From: Mobula hypostoma
Taxonomy: Eukaryota
Length of the DNA: 64,000 nt
NCBI RefSeq assembly: GCF_963921235.1
Contig: NC_086097.1
Span: 34,660,001-34,724,000, forward strand
Direction of reading: 5' to 3'
The translations under genes and the position numbers were made by a program. This document shows, piece after piece, positions 25,024-36,864 of this stretch (within the stretch, counting starts at the first letter, position 1; each line of letters begins with the position of its first letter). The notes under the pieces were generated by a model that saw nothing but the letters and a program-made list of their open reading frames with translations, had not been told where the DNA came from and ran no database searches.

Positions 25024-26344
25024 AAATCTGATCCCTACCTACTTCAGAATCACTGAAGCCATTGTTTTCATTTTTCCAATTGGAGTCATTGACAATTGAT
25101 ACAATCAAGAACTGGAGAACTCTGACCAAGTACAATGAGTATCACATTCAGTGTTTCCATCCAAACATAAAAGATGATCTTTAAACATGAAACTTTGTAA
25201 AAGTGCAGCCCTTGCACTTTTGCTGATGTCAATGACTAGATTCTTGCTGGTACTTTAAAGGTAGCTGTTTAATTTTTTTTCAGGCCAACCTTGCAGAAAC
25301 ATATTTGTTTGGTCAAATATTTACTACATAGTGCCCACATTGTGCTGTAAATTGGATTGTTGGAATTTTACCAAACAGCATTTTGGAAATGGTACTTGCA
25401 GTTGGCAGTATTATGCTTCCATTTAACTTAAGCAAGCATCAGTTCTGTATGTGGGTATCTTGAGAGATGAAGTTTCTGAAGCAGCTTTAGAATGTTGCAC
25501 AATTTGACTTTTAGACCTAAATGTTACCAAATCATAGTTTCAGGGAATAGTTTACTTGGCCTTTGTCCTGTCAGTTGTATCAATATCAGTATAAACCAAG
25601 TGGAACAGTATATCACAGCAGATCACACAATGGATGTAAAGTAATTATTTACAAAAAGGCCAATAATTGACCTTGAACTTGTAACCAACCTGTCAAAGTG
25701 CAAATTAACTCTGATCTCTCCTTTTCTTGACAGCAATTAGAGATTATTGAATGACTGTACTGTTCTATAAGTCTTGGAAGCGGCAAATTACACTCTGTTA
25801 TACGATATTCTGTAAAATAAAGCACTTCCAGTTTGCTGACAGAAGAACCACTGGTACTTTTAAAAATGAACAGTGAAGCATTAAGTAAAATATTTTGATA
25901 CATGAAATGCTTCTGCTAAATTTCAAAAAAAAAGGCACTAGTCAGAGCAGTTAGTTGTAGCTTCTTGCATTGCCTGGCTTCATAATCTGCTTTCATCTTG
26001 TTAAAGAAATAATCAGGTTCGAATAGAAATTAATTCCCTCCAGATGGTTTTGTAAGTGCAGTTTCAATGAATAGTGATACTCAGTGTGTCATTGCAAGCT
26101 GATATCTGCATTACCAATGATGACAGTGATATATTTTCATCACTCCACTGGTTGATATATTAAGTTAAATATTGGATCTGCTCTTTAGGAAATTGTGTTC
26201 ATGCAACTTCATTTTTTTTTGAAACCTTTAGAACAAATTTATTTTCAAAAGTTTCTGTCATAATGCAACATAGCAGTGCATTATTACACTGAAGTGCTGA
26301 AGCAGTAGATCCTTCCTGAAGCTGAATATTTGTTTGAAGTCATG

Positions 26345-26690
26345 AGAGACTGCTGATGCTAGAATCTGGAGTGAAGAAATCGATGTGGGGGGGGAGGGGG
26401 GAATCTCAGTGGGTCAAACAGCTTCTGTGGGGTGGGGATAGGAATTCATGTTTTGAATTGAGACACTTCATCAGGTCTAAGTGTGGAGAGGGACGATGTC
26501 ACTATAAAGAGGAGTGGAAGCGGGGTAAAACAGGCTGGTAAGTGATGCGTAGGTCAAGGAGAAATGTTGGGCAGATGGAGCTGATGGGTTAGAGTTGGAG
26601 ACACGGGTGGTTGGGTGGTTGGGTGTTAGGAGGAGAGAGATGAGGGCAGAAGAAAGGTCAAGGCCCACAGGGTGTGAAGAGGTCTATTCT
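26345..26690 (-). mobile_element. Old Penelope 3' fragment with degenerate hammerhead motif
   Basis: Reverse strand CTGATGA-AGTGTCTCAATTC-AAAA at about 26450-26475, next to a purine-rich tract as in 18960-19250. Confidence 0.55.
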
Positions 26691-27184
26691 AGGTGGACCA
26701 CACTTTTCCCCACCATGTCTCTTGGAAGGAAATCATCCTTCAAGTTTCTGCATATCTGCAGCATCAGCAATAGTTGTGTTTGAATCCCACAGAGAAAACC
26801 TGACACCATATTCACAAATCACAGAAGTTACAGTTAGTCCAATCAGTCTGTAATGTGCTACAGTGATGAGTAGCTTGTTCCACTGCAGCTGCGGTTTATG
26901 CAATCCCAACATTATGGGAACTAAGATCAGAAGACAGGTGGTCATTTAGCGTTGAAGAGGAAATCTAGAGAAATTCTTTGAATTCTGGAGAAAAATCAGA
27001 TTGAAATACCAGTAGCCACAAGTCATTGCAGGGACATTGCATATAACCAGTAAAATGGCTTTTGCTGGAGTAATGACATTCATGCCCGATTCAGATATTA
27101 AACATGTACAAAAATACTGCTCTCAAAACTGAAGCATTGTCTATGCTCCAATTTGGTGGAAAACTTAAGAAAAAAAAATCCTTT

Positions 27185-28230
27185 GCAAGTAAAGTGCTAG
27201 AAGAACAGAGGGTTGAGCAGTAAACTCTGGACGTTTTGGGTCAAGATCCTGCATCAGGACTGAGAGTAGGGTTGCCAGTAATAAAGAGAAGGGGAGAGGT
27301 GAGACAGGGACAGCAGGTGGTAGGTGGACTGAGGAAGGATGATGGGTAGATTCAAATGAACCCAGAAAGGAGGAAAGGAAGGAGTTCAGAGGCAGGAGGG
27401 TGATGGGTAGAAGCGGACAAAAGGAAATAAAAGGTAGATGGAGCCAGGTGCGGGAAGGAGTGGGGTGGTAGGGAGTGCCAGTGGGTGAAATGTGTGGGTA
27501 GCAGGACAATAAAACCAGGAAAGGACAAAAATGAGTGATGGGGAATGAGAATGAGAACAAAAATGCTTTAGTATTAGGAATCAGAGAGAGGGGATCAAAG
27601 GTGGTAGGGTTGCCTGAAACTGGACAATTCTACGTTCATATCCTTGCATTGTAGACTATTGAGGTTTTGTCCTGCTTGTTTTTATTGGTTCTTGCTCTTG
27701 CTTTAAGGCCAAGCACAGACGGGTCAGAAATTACACAACAATGAGCTCAGGTTGGTCACTGTGGTAGAGCACAGATGTTCTACAAAGCAGTTACTGGTCT
27801 GGGCTTGTCCCACCAATGCAGTGGAGGCCACATCAGGAGCATTGAATGTAGTAGGCATTGTTGGAGGAGGTACACATGAAACTTTATCTGACCTGGAAGA
27901 GCTACTTAAGTCCTTGGTCACGGGATAGTGAGGGGTGGGAAAGAGAGGTGGAGAAGGTGTAAGTGCCACTGTTGCATTTCCTGCACTTGTGTGAAGAAGT
28001 GCTGTGGTGGTGGGGTTGGCGCTGGATGAGCAGACCAGGGAGTGGCTGGTGGTGAGATCCAGTTGCAGCAGATGGAAATGACCAAAGGATGGTGTGCTAG
28101 CTATGAAGGTTAGTAGGGTGAAGGGCAAGAACAAGAGGAACCCTACCTCAGTTCTGTTTTGGAAGTGAGGGGGGGAAGATGGCAGTGAGAGCAGAGCTCA
28201 GGAAGTCTAAGTAATGTAAGAGTGGCTCTA
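27185..28230 (-). mobile_element. Old, degraded Penelope-like element
   Basis: Colinear with 18870-19930: terminal repeat, purine-rich tract, GIY-YIG-like region (27600-27900) and GAACCCTA..GTGAGAGCAGA. Confidence 0.7.
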
Positions 28231-28235
28231 ACCAG

Positions 28236-28401
28236 AGCAACAGATACAAAATTCTGGAGGAACCCTGCAGGTCGGACAGTATCTATGAAAAGGAATAAAC
28301 AGCCTGGTGAAGGGTCTCAGTCCAAAATCTCGACTGTTTATTCCTTTCCATAGATGGTGCCTGACCCTGCTGATTTCCGACAGCATTTAGTGTCTGTTGC
28401 T
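28236..28401. mobile_element. Fold-back Penelope terminal-repeat fragment
   Basis: Inverted arms of about 65 bp (28236-28302 and 28334-28401) enclosing CTGGTGA-AGGGTCTCAGTCC-AAAA. Confidence 0.75.
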
Positions 28402-30507
28402 GTCGTGAAGGATAGGTGGAACAGAGGCTGGAAGATAATTGGTGGAATTAGATAAGAAGGTCAGGACCACTCAGCTCCAGACTAAGTCACAGTCTTGTTT
28501 GAAACAAGGATGGAAGAGCTGACTTCCATAAGTGAGATGAGAATAATTACACTTGATTGAAAGGCAACATGCATCAAACTACAGAATCAAATTGGAGTCC
28601 TTGCTCAAGGTCATCAAGGTTGGAGTCATACCTCAGACAATCGAAAGTAGTTGTGAGGTCTGTCATTACATCCTTTTGATATCAATGTGGGAATTCCTTG
28701 CAATGGTGTTCAAGGCAAACAAAGTTTAGCTACTCATCAATGATCTTCCTATCAACAGGTCAGGAGTGGGGATATTTGTTGACAGTTGACATTTTCAATT
28801 CTATTTATAGCTCAGCTCATGAAGCAGCCCTTGTCTGCTAACATTCAGGCATGAATGTTAAATGGCACTTGTGCTACAGGAGTGCCAGGCATTGCTCATC
28901 AATAAAAGAGAATTCTTATTACCATTGTTATCACCCCAACCATCAATACTGACCAATCGTAAATGCTATGGCTACAAGAACGGGCCAGAGACTGGGTATC
29001 TTGCATTGAGTGGCTCACCTGACATGCAAGCTTTTTCATTTTCTATGAGGCCCAAGTCAGGTGCATGAGGGAAACCTTCCACTTAGATGATTGCAGGTCC
29101 AACAACTCCAGGAGCTTGGTACTGACCAGGGCAGAGTGGCCTGCATGATTGATAGCCCATCCACTGCTGGGGAGGAGTGGCTGCAGTAATTCCATCTAGA
29201 TAGTGTACTTGCCCAAATTAGTACAATGTCACCTCCAAGCCTTTGCCCTCTACCACCTAGGATGCTCTCTGCAATACCACTAGTTGGAGGAGCCTGCAGA
29301 TTCCCTTCCAACGTGCACGCCATTTTGTTTTGTAAATGTACAATCCCTACCTAATAAATAGTATGGGAGCACTTTCACCAGAGTGATTCTGAGGCAGTTT
29401 GTGATGAACGATATGTGATGGCCAGATTATATAATATTAATAAAGTACTGTATATACAGCATAGTCCGCTCTTGGGTGGCATGGGATCTGTAGTCACATC
29501 AGCGGCTGTCATGTCCCTTGCACTCATTCGATACTGCGAACTGTCAGCAAAGGTTGCCTGCTCAGTTCTGATTCTAGTCGCTTGTAAAATTAGAAGTGCA
29601 GATTGATGGTCTGCCTCGTTGTTTTAATAGAACTGGGTAAATTAACATCTGCTTGCACTTATTTCACAGCTATCACAAAGTTGACCTGCAAGAATGTAAT
29701 GCCACTTCTCATTCCAACAGATGTCATTAAGCCTTCTGTAATGCACTTTGAAAGATTATATAGGAAGCTTCAGGCAAAAAACTAAATAATTGTATTATTT
29801 TAATGTGATATGATCTATTTGTCCTTGATCGGTATTTTCTTGTATATTTATCCTGTTGTACAGAAATCTGAAAATAGATTACATATAGCAGGGAAATTCT
29901 GGACCTTTTGGTGGGCCAATAATTATAGTGGAACTATGTATGTACAGATTTTCCAAAGACCACTTTTCAATTTGGGTCTAAGTTTTTGTCACAGATCTAC
30001 AACTTAAAGAAAATCTCTAAATTATTGCCATCAAGACTTGAAAGATTACAGTAATCTAGAAATGTGAATGTACATAAATGAAGAGCATTGTCATTTCATA
30101 CTGAAGGAATGACATTTGTGGAACATCTACTCGAGCAGTAGTTGTCTGCTCCAACTGTCATCGCCTGTACTCTCACTTTTAGGCTGACCACCAGTTTACA
30201 GCTTGAGGGATCCTTTTTTCTTTAACTTAAATGTTTTCTTGTGGGGTTTCCATTGAGAAGATAATTTAAGCAGTATGTCAATATTTAGGGGAACTGACCA
30301 CTTATAGGGAAGGTGGGATGACCTACAACTTGTTTTCAGCTTCCAGTCTAATCTCACATGGTCCTATGTTTAAAATGACAAGTAATTGCTAACCAAATGA
30401 CAATCATAATAAGACTCTACGATTGACTAAGTTATGTAATAAATACAATCTAAAATATGACTTTTTTAATGTCTTAAGAATGTAGGAGATGCTCATTAAC
30501 ACTTTAA

Positions 30508-31081
30508 TATGATTATGAAGACACATAGTCCTCTTTTATTGTCATTTAGTAATGCATGCATTGAGAAATGATACATTATTTCCTCCGGTATAATATCACA
30601 AAACACAGGACATAATTATAACATATAGTTGCAAACAGTGTAACAATACCATAACTTGATGAAGAAGTCCATGAGCACAGTAAAGTTCAAAGTTTCTCAA
30701 ATGTCCCACATCTCACGCAGACGGGAGAAGGAAGAAAAACTCTTCCTGCCATGCTGACCACAATCCGAAAACTTCGAGCTCTGATCAGCTGTCCGACACC
30801 AAGTACTGAGCACCATCTCTGTGAACAATTCGACCTCCTTCTTGGTCGCCAAAAGCTGGCGAGGCCAGGGATTTTGAGGCCTACCCTCAAAAAATTCTGG
30901 ACCACACAGTAACGACAGCAGCGAAGGGGCGTTTCAGAAATTTCTCCAGATGTTCCTCTGTGCTTTCATGTCCATTCTCCATCAAATCAGAACTGTCCAT
31001 GGCCCCTATTTAACAGATTCAATATCATTTTTCAGCAGAGGGCTGTGCACACGCAGGCGCGCCGCCATCTTCTCCTCCCGC
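30508..31081 (-). mobile_element. Non-coding, LINE-tailed non-autonomous retroelement
   Basis: 5' end GGAGAAGATGGCGGC, CpG-containing body, and a 3' tail shared with the insertion at 17681-17810. Confidence 0.65.
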
Positions 31082-31144
31082 TTATGTGGGTGTTTCAACA
31101 TTTTGACGGTGAGAATGTTATCAATTCTGGTTGTTAAAACAAAC

Positions 31145-31710
31145 AGCACAGTAGAGGCTGTTCAGCCCTTGATCTTGTACTGACCTTTTAACCTGCTCCA
31201 AGGTCAATCTAATCTTTCCTTCCCACCTGTTTTTCTTTCATTCATGTGTCTAAAAAGTTTCTTAAATGTCTCCAATGTATCTGCCTCCTCCACCACCCCT
31301 GGCAGGGTGCTCCATGTGTTCTATGTTTTTAAAAAAAAAAAAATCAGCCCCTGACATCCCTCTGTATTTACTTCCAATCATCTTAAAAGTATGCTATCTC
31401 ATAATTGTTATTGCCACCCTTGGGTAAATGAGCTGGCTGTCCACTGTATGCCTCTTATTTTGTACACTTCTATCAAGTCACCTCTCCTGTTTTGCTCCAA
31501 AAGAAAAACCCTAGCTCACTCAACCTTTCCCCATAAGATATACTCTGTAATTCAGTCAGCATCCTGGTTAATCTCCTCTGCATCCTACCTATAATAAAGT
31601 AACTGGAACTGAATACAACACCCCCATGTGGTCTAACCAGAGTTTTATAGAGCTTAACATTACCTCTGGCCCTAGAACTAAATCCCTGATATATGAAGGC
31701 CTTTTATTTC
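31145..31710 (-). mobile_element. Old CR1 3' fragment
   Basis: Diverged homology to 2950-3540. Confidence 0.7.
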
Positions 31711-32464
31711 TTGCAATTAGATCCCTGTTTTGTCCTTGATATATAAGGTTTTTGATTACCACAATTAGTGGACTTGAAAGAATATTCTTTTTGGTGTCTC
31801 CATCATGATTCCAGACTGATTCAACACAGTTATATGTTGGATTAATCACTCTGTGTCTATTATTGGATAAAATTAATCTTCTGGCACCATGACAGTTATT
31901 TGTTCCTTTAACTATTATGCATCAGTATCTAATGAGAAGTGCCATTATTGGGAGTTTCAGTTGCTGTTAGTCTGCACGAAGAAATAAACAGCAAAGTTAT
32001 TTGAAAAATAGAGAAGTGTTAAAAGTCTATGGAGCACACACTCAGCACAGAATAGGACCTGTGGATCACGATGTCTATGCTGACGATGATGGCATTTAAG
32101 CTGCACACCTGCCTACGTTTGATTTATATCCCTCAATTCCCTGCCTCTTCAGTATCCGGGAAACTTGTGATACTTACAAGTCACATTGATGTGCCTGCTT
32201 TCAGGATGCGACAGGCTTATTACTGGTTCAAGAATGTAGTCCCGTATAAAAGAAAATTTGTTCCTGAGTGTTACATTACCATATGGTTAAAGTGGTCAGG
32301 ATTGGTATTGGTAAATTGGTTTACTATTGTCACATGTACAGAGTTATAGTGAAATATTTGTTTTGCCTACCATCCATTCAGATAAATTAATTACAACATT
32401 GTGTTTTGGTATTTTACAACAGTGAAATAACACAATAACAGAGTGCAGAAAGAGGTGTTAGCAG

Positions 32465-33340
32465 TGTTACATACCTCATGGATATCTTGTGACTGTCTTA
32501 TGACCATGATGTAATGGTTTTTTTTTGTAGGAGGTCACCTGATGTAATTTTCCTGCCGATGTGAGGTCACATGATGACCTGTTCTCAACAGGTATATAAA
32601 AGGGAGACACGAGTGATGCAGTTTAGTTTTCCAGCTAGAACGTTAGCCAGAGACTCCACTCTGTTGCGAATTTTTTTTTATGACTCAGTTTCATTTTTAA
32701 AATGGAGTTTTATGTTCTATTGTAGGGTACAATAGTGCTGGACTGGCAGTTTACTCATTTCTGCCAGATTTGTTGATTTACCTTTTCAGTAGTAGTGGAG
32801 AGTGAAGACTCTATCGAAGTACAGGACCTGAAGCATTAAGAGAAGTTGATATCGTTTGGCAGTTTAATAAAGGATCGACCTTCTTCATTGAAGAAGTAGC
32901 GACTTGCATTAAAGATAACTCCTGCCAAAAGAGCAAGGTAGTTAATGCAGGATTTGCTCACCAGAAGAAAGGTCAGTTGCTTTTAAGCCGTTTATTTCCT
33001 TCGTCGTGAATCCTTTGGACAGAACCAGCAGGAAAGTCGCATCTGTGAAGAAATCCTTCTCCAGCGAAGTCACTCCTAATTGACTGTATAAATCTCTTGG
33101 ACTTTCGAATTTACCATTTTAAGAACTGTGTTTGACTTTACCGCTTTAAAAACTGTTTTCGCATTTATCGCTTTAAGAACTAGTACTGAGTGGCGGTTTG
33201 TGGAATGGCCGCATAGCGGTTAATTTCCGGTTAAGGTTTTTGTTTATTTTTTTTATATTGTTTATCAGTGCTTAATAAATGTTTGGTTGTTTTTATATAA
33301 CCTGACTCAATTGATATTCATTGTTACCGGTTACGTAACA
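32465..33340 (+). mobile_element. Solo LTR (876 bp; 4-bp TSD suggests Gypsy or ERV1 type)
   Basis: TGTTAC...GTAACA termini, GCAG duplicated at 32461-32464 and 33341-33344, TATATAAAA at 32593-32601 and AATAAA at 33274-33279. Confidence 0.85.
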
Positions 33341-33384
33341 GCAGTTACAGAGAGTGTGGTGCAAAGTCACATCAAGATATCTTG

Positions 33385-33481
33385 CAACACACATAAAAGT
33401 TGCTGGTGAACGCAGCAGGCCAGGCAGCATCTCTAGGAAGAGGTGCAGTCGACGTTTCAGGCCGAGACCCTTCGTCAGGAC
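33385..33481 (-). mobile_element. 97-bp Penelope terminal-repeat insertion
   Basis: Near-identical to 18870-18955; ATCTTG duplicated at 33379-33384 and 33482-33487. Confidence 0.85.
33448..33481 (-). ncRNA. Minimal type I hammerhead ribozyme motif, second intact core
   Basis: GUC-CUGACGA-AGGGUCUCGGCCU-GAAA-CG-UC-GAC, with a 3-bp stem I. Confidence 0.72.
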
Positions 33482-35216
33482 ATCTTGTGAAGTCTAGGCT
33501 TCATCTTGTACTAGGGAACCATTCAGTAGTCTTTTCACCGAGGGATAGAAGCTGTCTTTGAAACCGTGCTATGTGCTTTGAGGCTTTTGTATCTTCTACC
33601 TAATTTTGTTGGGGGGGATGGTGCAGCTGGGGGGCGAGTGAGGATGTCTGGATTGGGTGCGTCTTTGATTATGTTGGATGTTTTATTGAGGCAGTGAGAA
33701 GTATAGACAGAGTCCATGGAGGAGAGGCTGGTTTTCATGATGTGCCGGGCTGCATACACAATTCTCTTTTGTTTCTTGCATTTGGTGCAGAACAGTTGCC
33801 TTACCAAACCGTGATGCATCTGAATAGGCTACTTTCTATGGTGCATTGATTAAAAATCGGTGAGGGTCAAAGGGGACATGCTTTTTTTTTCATTAGTCTC
33901 CTGTGAGCTTTCTTGGCCTTGGCATCACCATGATTGGACCACGACAGCCTACTGATGGTACTCATTCCAAAGAACTTGAAACTCCCAACCCACTTGACTT
34001 CAGCACTGCACTGTCCCCTCCTTTCCTATAGTTAATGACTAGCTCTTTTGTACTTGCAGCACTGAGAATCTTTCAGCGCGTAAGGTAGTAGTCATTCTCT
34101 CAGTATTATCTGGGAGCCTTCACAATAGTTCTTTATTTCCCTGGCAATCTGAAATGTGGCTGAGGTTTACCAGTTTCACTTTAATTATTAAACCCGAATT
34201 TGATGCACTAAGGATGCATTATAGCTCTCTTAATATTAAATAATTGTATCCTTTATCTGGAACTAATGAAATACACTCTTGGGCAAATACCATTGTGGGC
34301 GATGTGTCATCAGTATGGGGGTTTTGTGTAAAATGGAACCAGATTAATGTTACAAAGTATTTGTGGATGCCATTTAGAGAGAGTATATCAATGGTATTTT
34401 CAAGTGCCTTTTATTCAGAAAGTTGGTTACTAGCTAGGCTACACTATTGAGCTTTCGAAGGTTTAGAAGCACAAGCATGATAAAGTTTTGCAGTTTAAAA
34501 ATTGTTTTTCAAAGGTTGACTGCATTTTACGTTTTTTCACCAAATCAGAGCACAGATGTGCCTTAGTTTTGAAAGGACTTGAAAAGACAAATGTTTTTCT
34601 TGGTGTTTACCATCTCATAACTGTTCGCTGGTTGTATTTGATGTCTCTGCATTGCTTGTGGCTGTTGGCAGTAAAATGCAGCGTGATTATTTTCTCTCTC
34701 TCGGTCCAGAATCAAGAGCATTTCAGTGGATTTCTGTTCTGTTGGTGCTGAATAATCTACTGTCTTCGGATCATAGTTCCCCCATTGTTGGGATTGCCGT
34801 AAACTGCAGCTGCAGTGGCACAAGCTGTTTAGCACTGTAGCACATTACAGACTGATGGGACTAATTGACAATTTTCAGTAATCTCTGTGAATGTGGTAAC
34901 AGGTTTTCTCTATGGGATTCAAACACACCTATTGATCTTTTAGATGAGATTCCATGAATGTTCAAGGCCTTGCAGCCTTTGTACAAATTTATGTCTTTTT
35001 TTGGGGAGGGAATGAATTTCATTTTTAATTAACATAAAATTTAAATTTTTGCACAATCTCAATTTGAGAGATGTTTGAATTAAGCAAGTTCAAATTTATA
35101 ATACTCTGCACACTAATACCACCATTTATCAAGTCTCTACTTAAAGTTGATTGTATCCAACCATGGTGAATTTCAGTTTCTGCCAACTTTGTATTATATA
35201 TTTGTTTTGTGTAATT

Positions 35217-35312
35217 TAGAAACATAGAAAGCCTACAGCTCAATACAGGCCCTTTGGCCCACAAAGCTGTGCTGAACATGTCCTTGCCTTAGAAACTACC
35301 TAGGGTTACCCA
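35217..35312 (-). mobile_element. CR1 tail fragment
   Basis: Matches 2932-3027. Confidence 0.8.
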
Positions 35313-35699
35313 CACCCATAATTTCTTAATAAATTTTTGGTTACTTGTTCTTTAAAGTACATTATTTTGTTAAACAACATGGTATTGCGTATTAAAAGCC
35401 AGAACCTCAATTGAATTATCCAGGCAAGATTTAGAGAAAAGTCATTAGTGCTTTGGGGGCATTTATGCTTGCCCACATCTGAATGGTGGAGCTGTTTATT
35501 TTGCTGAAAACATTATATTGTCCTAACAGAAATAGAGGATTTGTAGAAAAAGGTAAGCAGGTTGCTGGCGCATGGCATAACGGTGGCAGAAAAGTTGTTT
35601 GCTTTCAAGTGTTGTAAACAATCATTTCGTCTACATATAATCACTTTATGAAGTGGAAAACTTGCTGATTTGAAAGTTGACATTAATATATTTTTAAAA

Positions 35700-35973
35700 T
35701 GCTCATGGGTGAGAATATCCATCATTAAAGACCATCACCATTCGGGACGGGGTCCTCTTTCTTGTTACTAGCATTAAAGAACCATACTTACAGATTGAGA
35801 AGCAGCTTCTTCCCCTCCTATTTTCGGATTTCTGAACACTTCATAAACACTGCCTCATTGTTCCTTTTTTGTGCACTTGTCTATTTTTACAATTTATAGG
35901 TTTTTGTCTTTGTACTGCTACTCAGAACAAATTTCATGTCATGTCATTATAAGTGATAATAGTTCTGATTCTG
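35700..35973 (+). mobile_element. Rex1-type 3' fragment
   Basis: ATCCATCATTAAAGACC...GCAGCTTCTTCCCCTCC...TTCTGATTCTGA tail. Confidence 0.6.
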
Positions 35974-35993
35974 AAAATTGCCAATGCCATACA

Positions 35994-36461
35994 CAGACAT
36001 CCCACCTCTCCGGGAAGTTTTGGGAGTCTCCCGCATATTAATAGTGGCTCCTTTATGCCCGCAAATTATATACAATATCCCAGAAATCAATTTTTTTTGA
36101 GAGAGAGAGCGCGTGCCATGGGAGAGTGTTCGAAAAAAGAAAATATAAAACGTACGTCACCCCAGACTACCCTAAAGTGTACCCCTGCCTAATAGGGGTC
36201 AAAAATAATGACAGTGTTGCTCGCTGCACTGTTTGCAACAGTGACACTTCTATTGCCCAAATGACTGTAAAAGACATGTTGAGGTGAGTTTAACAGGTGT
36301 CATTCATTCATTAGCATAGCTAACGTTATTTAAACTAGCTGGCTAGCTGCTAAGGAGCTACTCTATTGCAGACATCCCACCTCTCCCGGAAGTTCCGGGA
36401 ATCTCCTGCAAATTGATGGTGCTACCTCCCTGAAATGAGTTTTTGCAGGGTGGAATGTCTG
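35994..36461 (+). mobile_element. Non-autonomous hAT-like DNA transposon with zinc-finger remnant
   Basis: TIRs CAGACATCCCACC / GGTGGAATGTCTG. Frameshifted KYKTY..YPCLIGVKNNDSVARCTVCNSD.SIA..NDCKRHVE at 36118-36283. No clean TSD. Confidence 0.7.
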
Positions 36462-36864
36462 CATATTTCAGCATATGCAAATGAGAAGATGCATAATTGT
36501 AAGAAAAGTAAGGATGGCTCCAGAAAGTTCATCTTGAACTTACATTCGAAAGTCTTGAGATTGAGACTTGCTATCAAATTTCACTCGATAACATCCCTGG
36601 AAGGTACTTTACTGTGTTTTGCTATTTTCAGTGATGTATACGCAATATATTTTATCTGCAAGTTGCTACTGATTAAAGTTTTGCAACTTTTAACTTTCTT
36701 CAAATTATGGATTATCTCGATTGAAATTTGCCAATCACCATTTTCAGTCAGAATTGTACTTACTAAAGTGAAATTTGTTTTGCACCAGCAATACAGTACA
36801 AAGACAAAAAAATCTATAACTTATGAAAACAAATATAAATAGTACAAAGAAAGAGATAAAGTAG

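Larger units (their letters stand above)
32302..34000 (-). mobile_element. Rex1-type LINE 3' fragment hosting a solo LTR and a Penelope tail
   Basis: Tail at 32302-32330 resembles 9836-9860. QKRIVYAARHIMKTSLSSMDSVYTSHCLNKTSNIIKD at 33535-33819. Confidence 0.7.

Noticed and set aside
28680..29400. Very old CR1-like remnant or hidden exon
   Set aside because: Too degraded to bound or classify; no credible splice-bounded frame.
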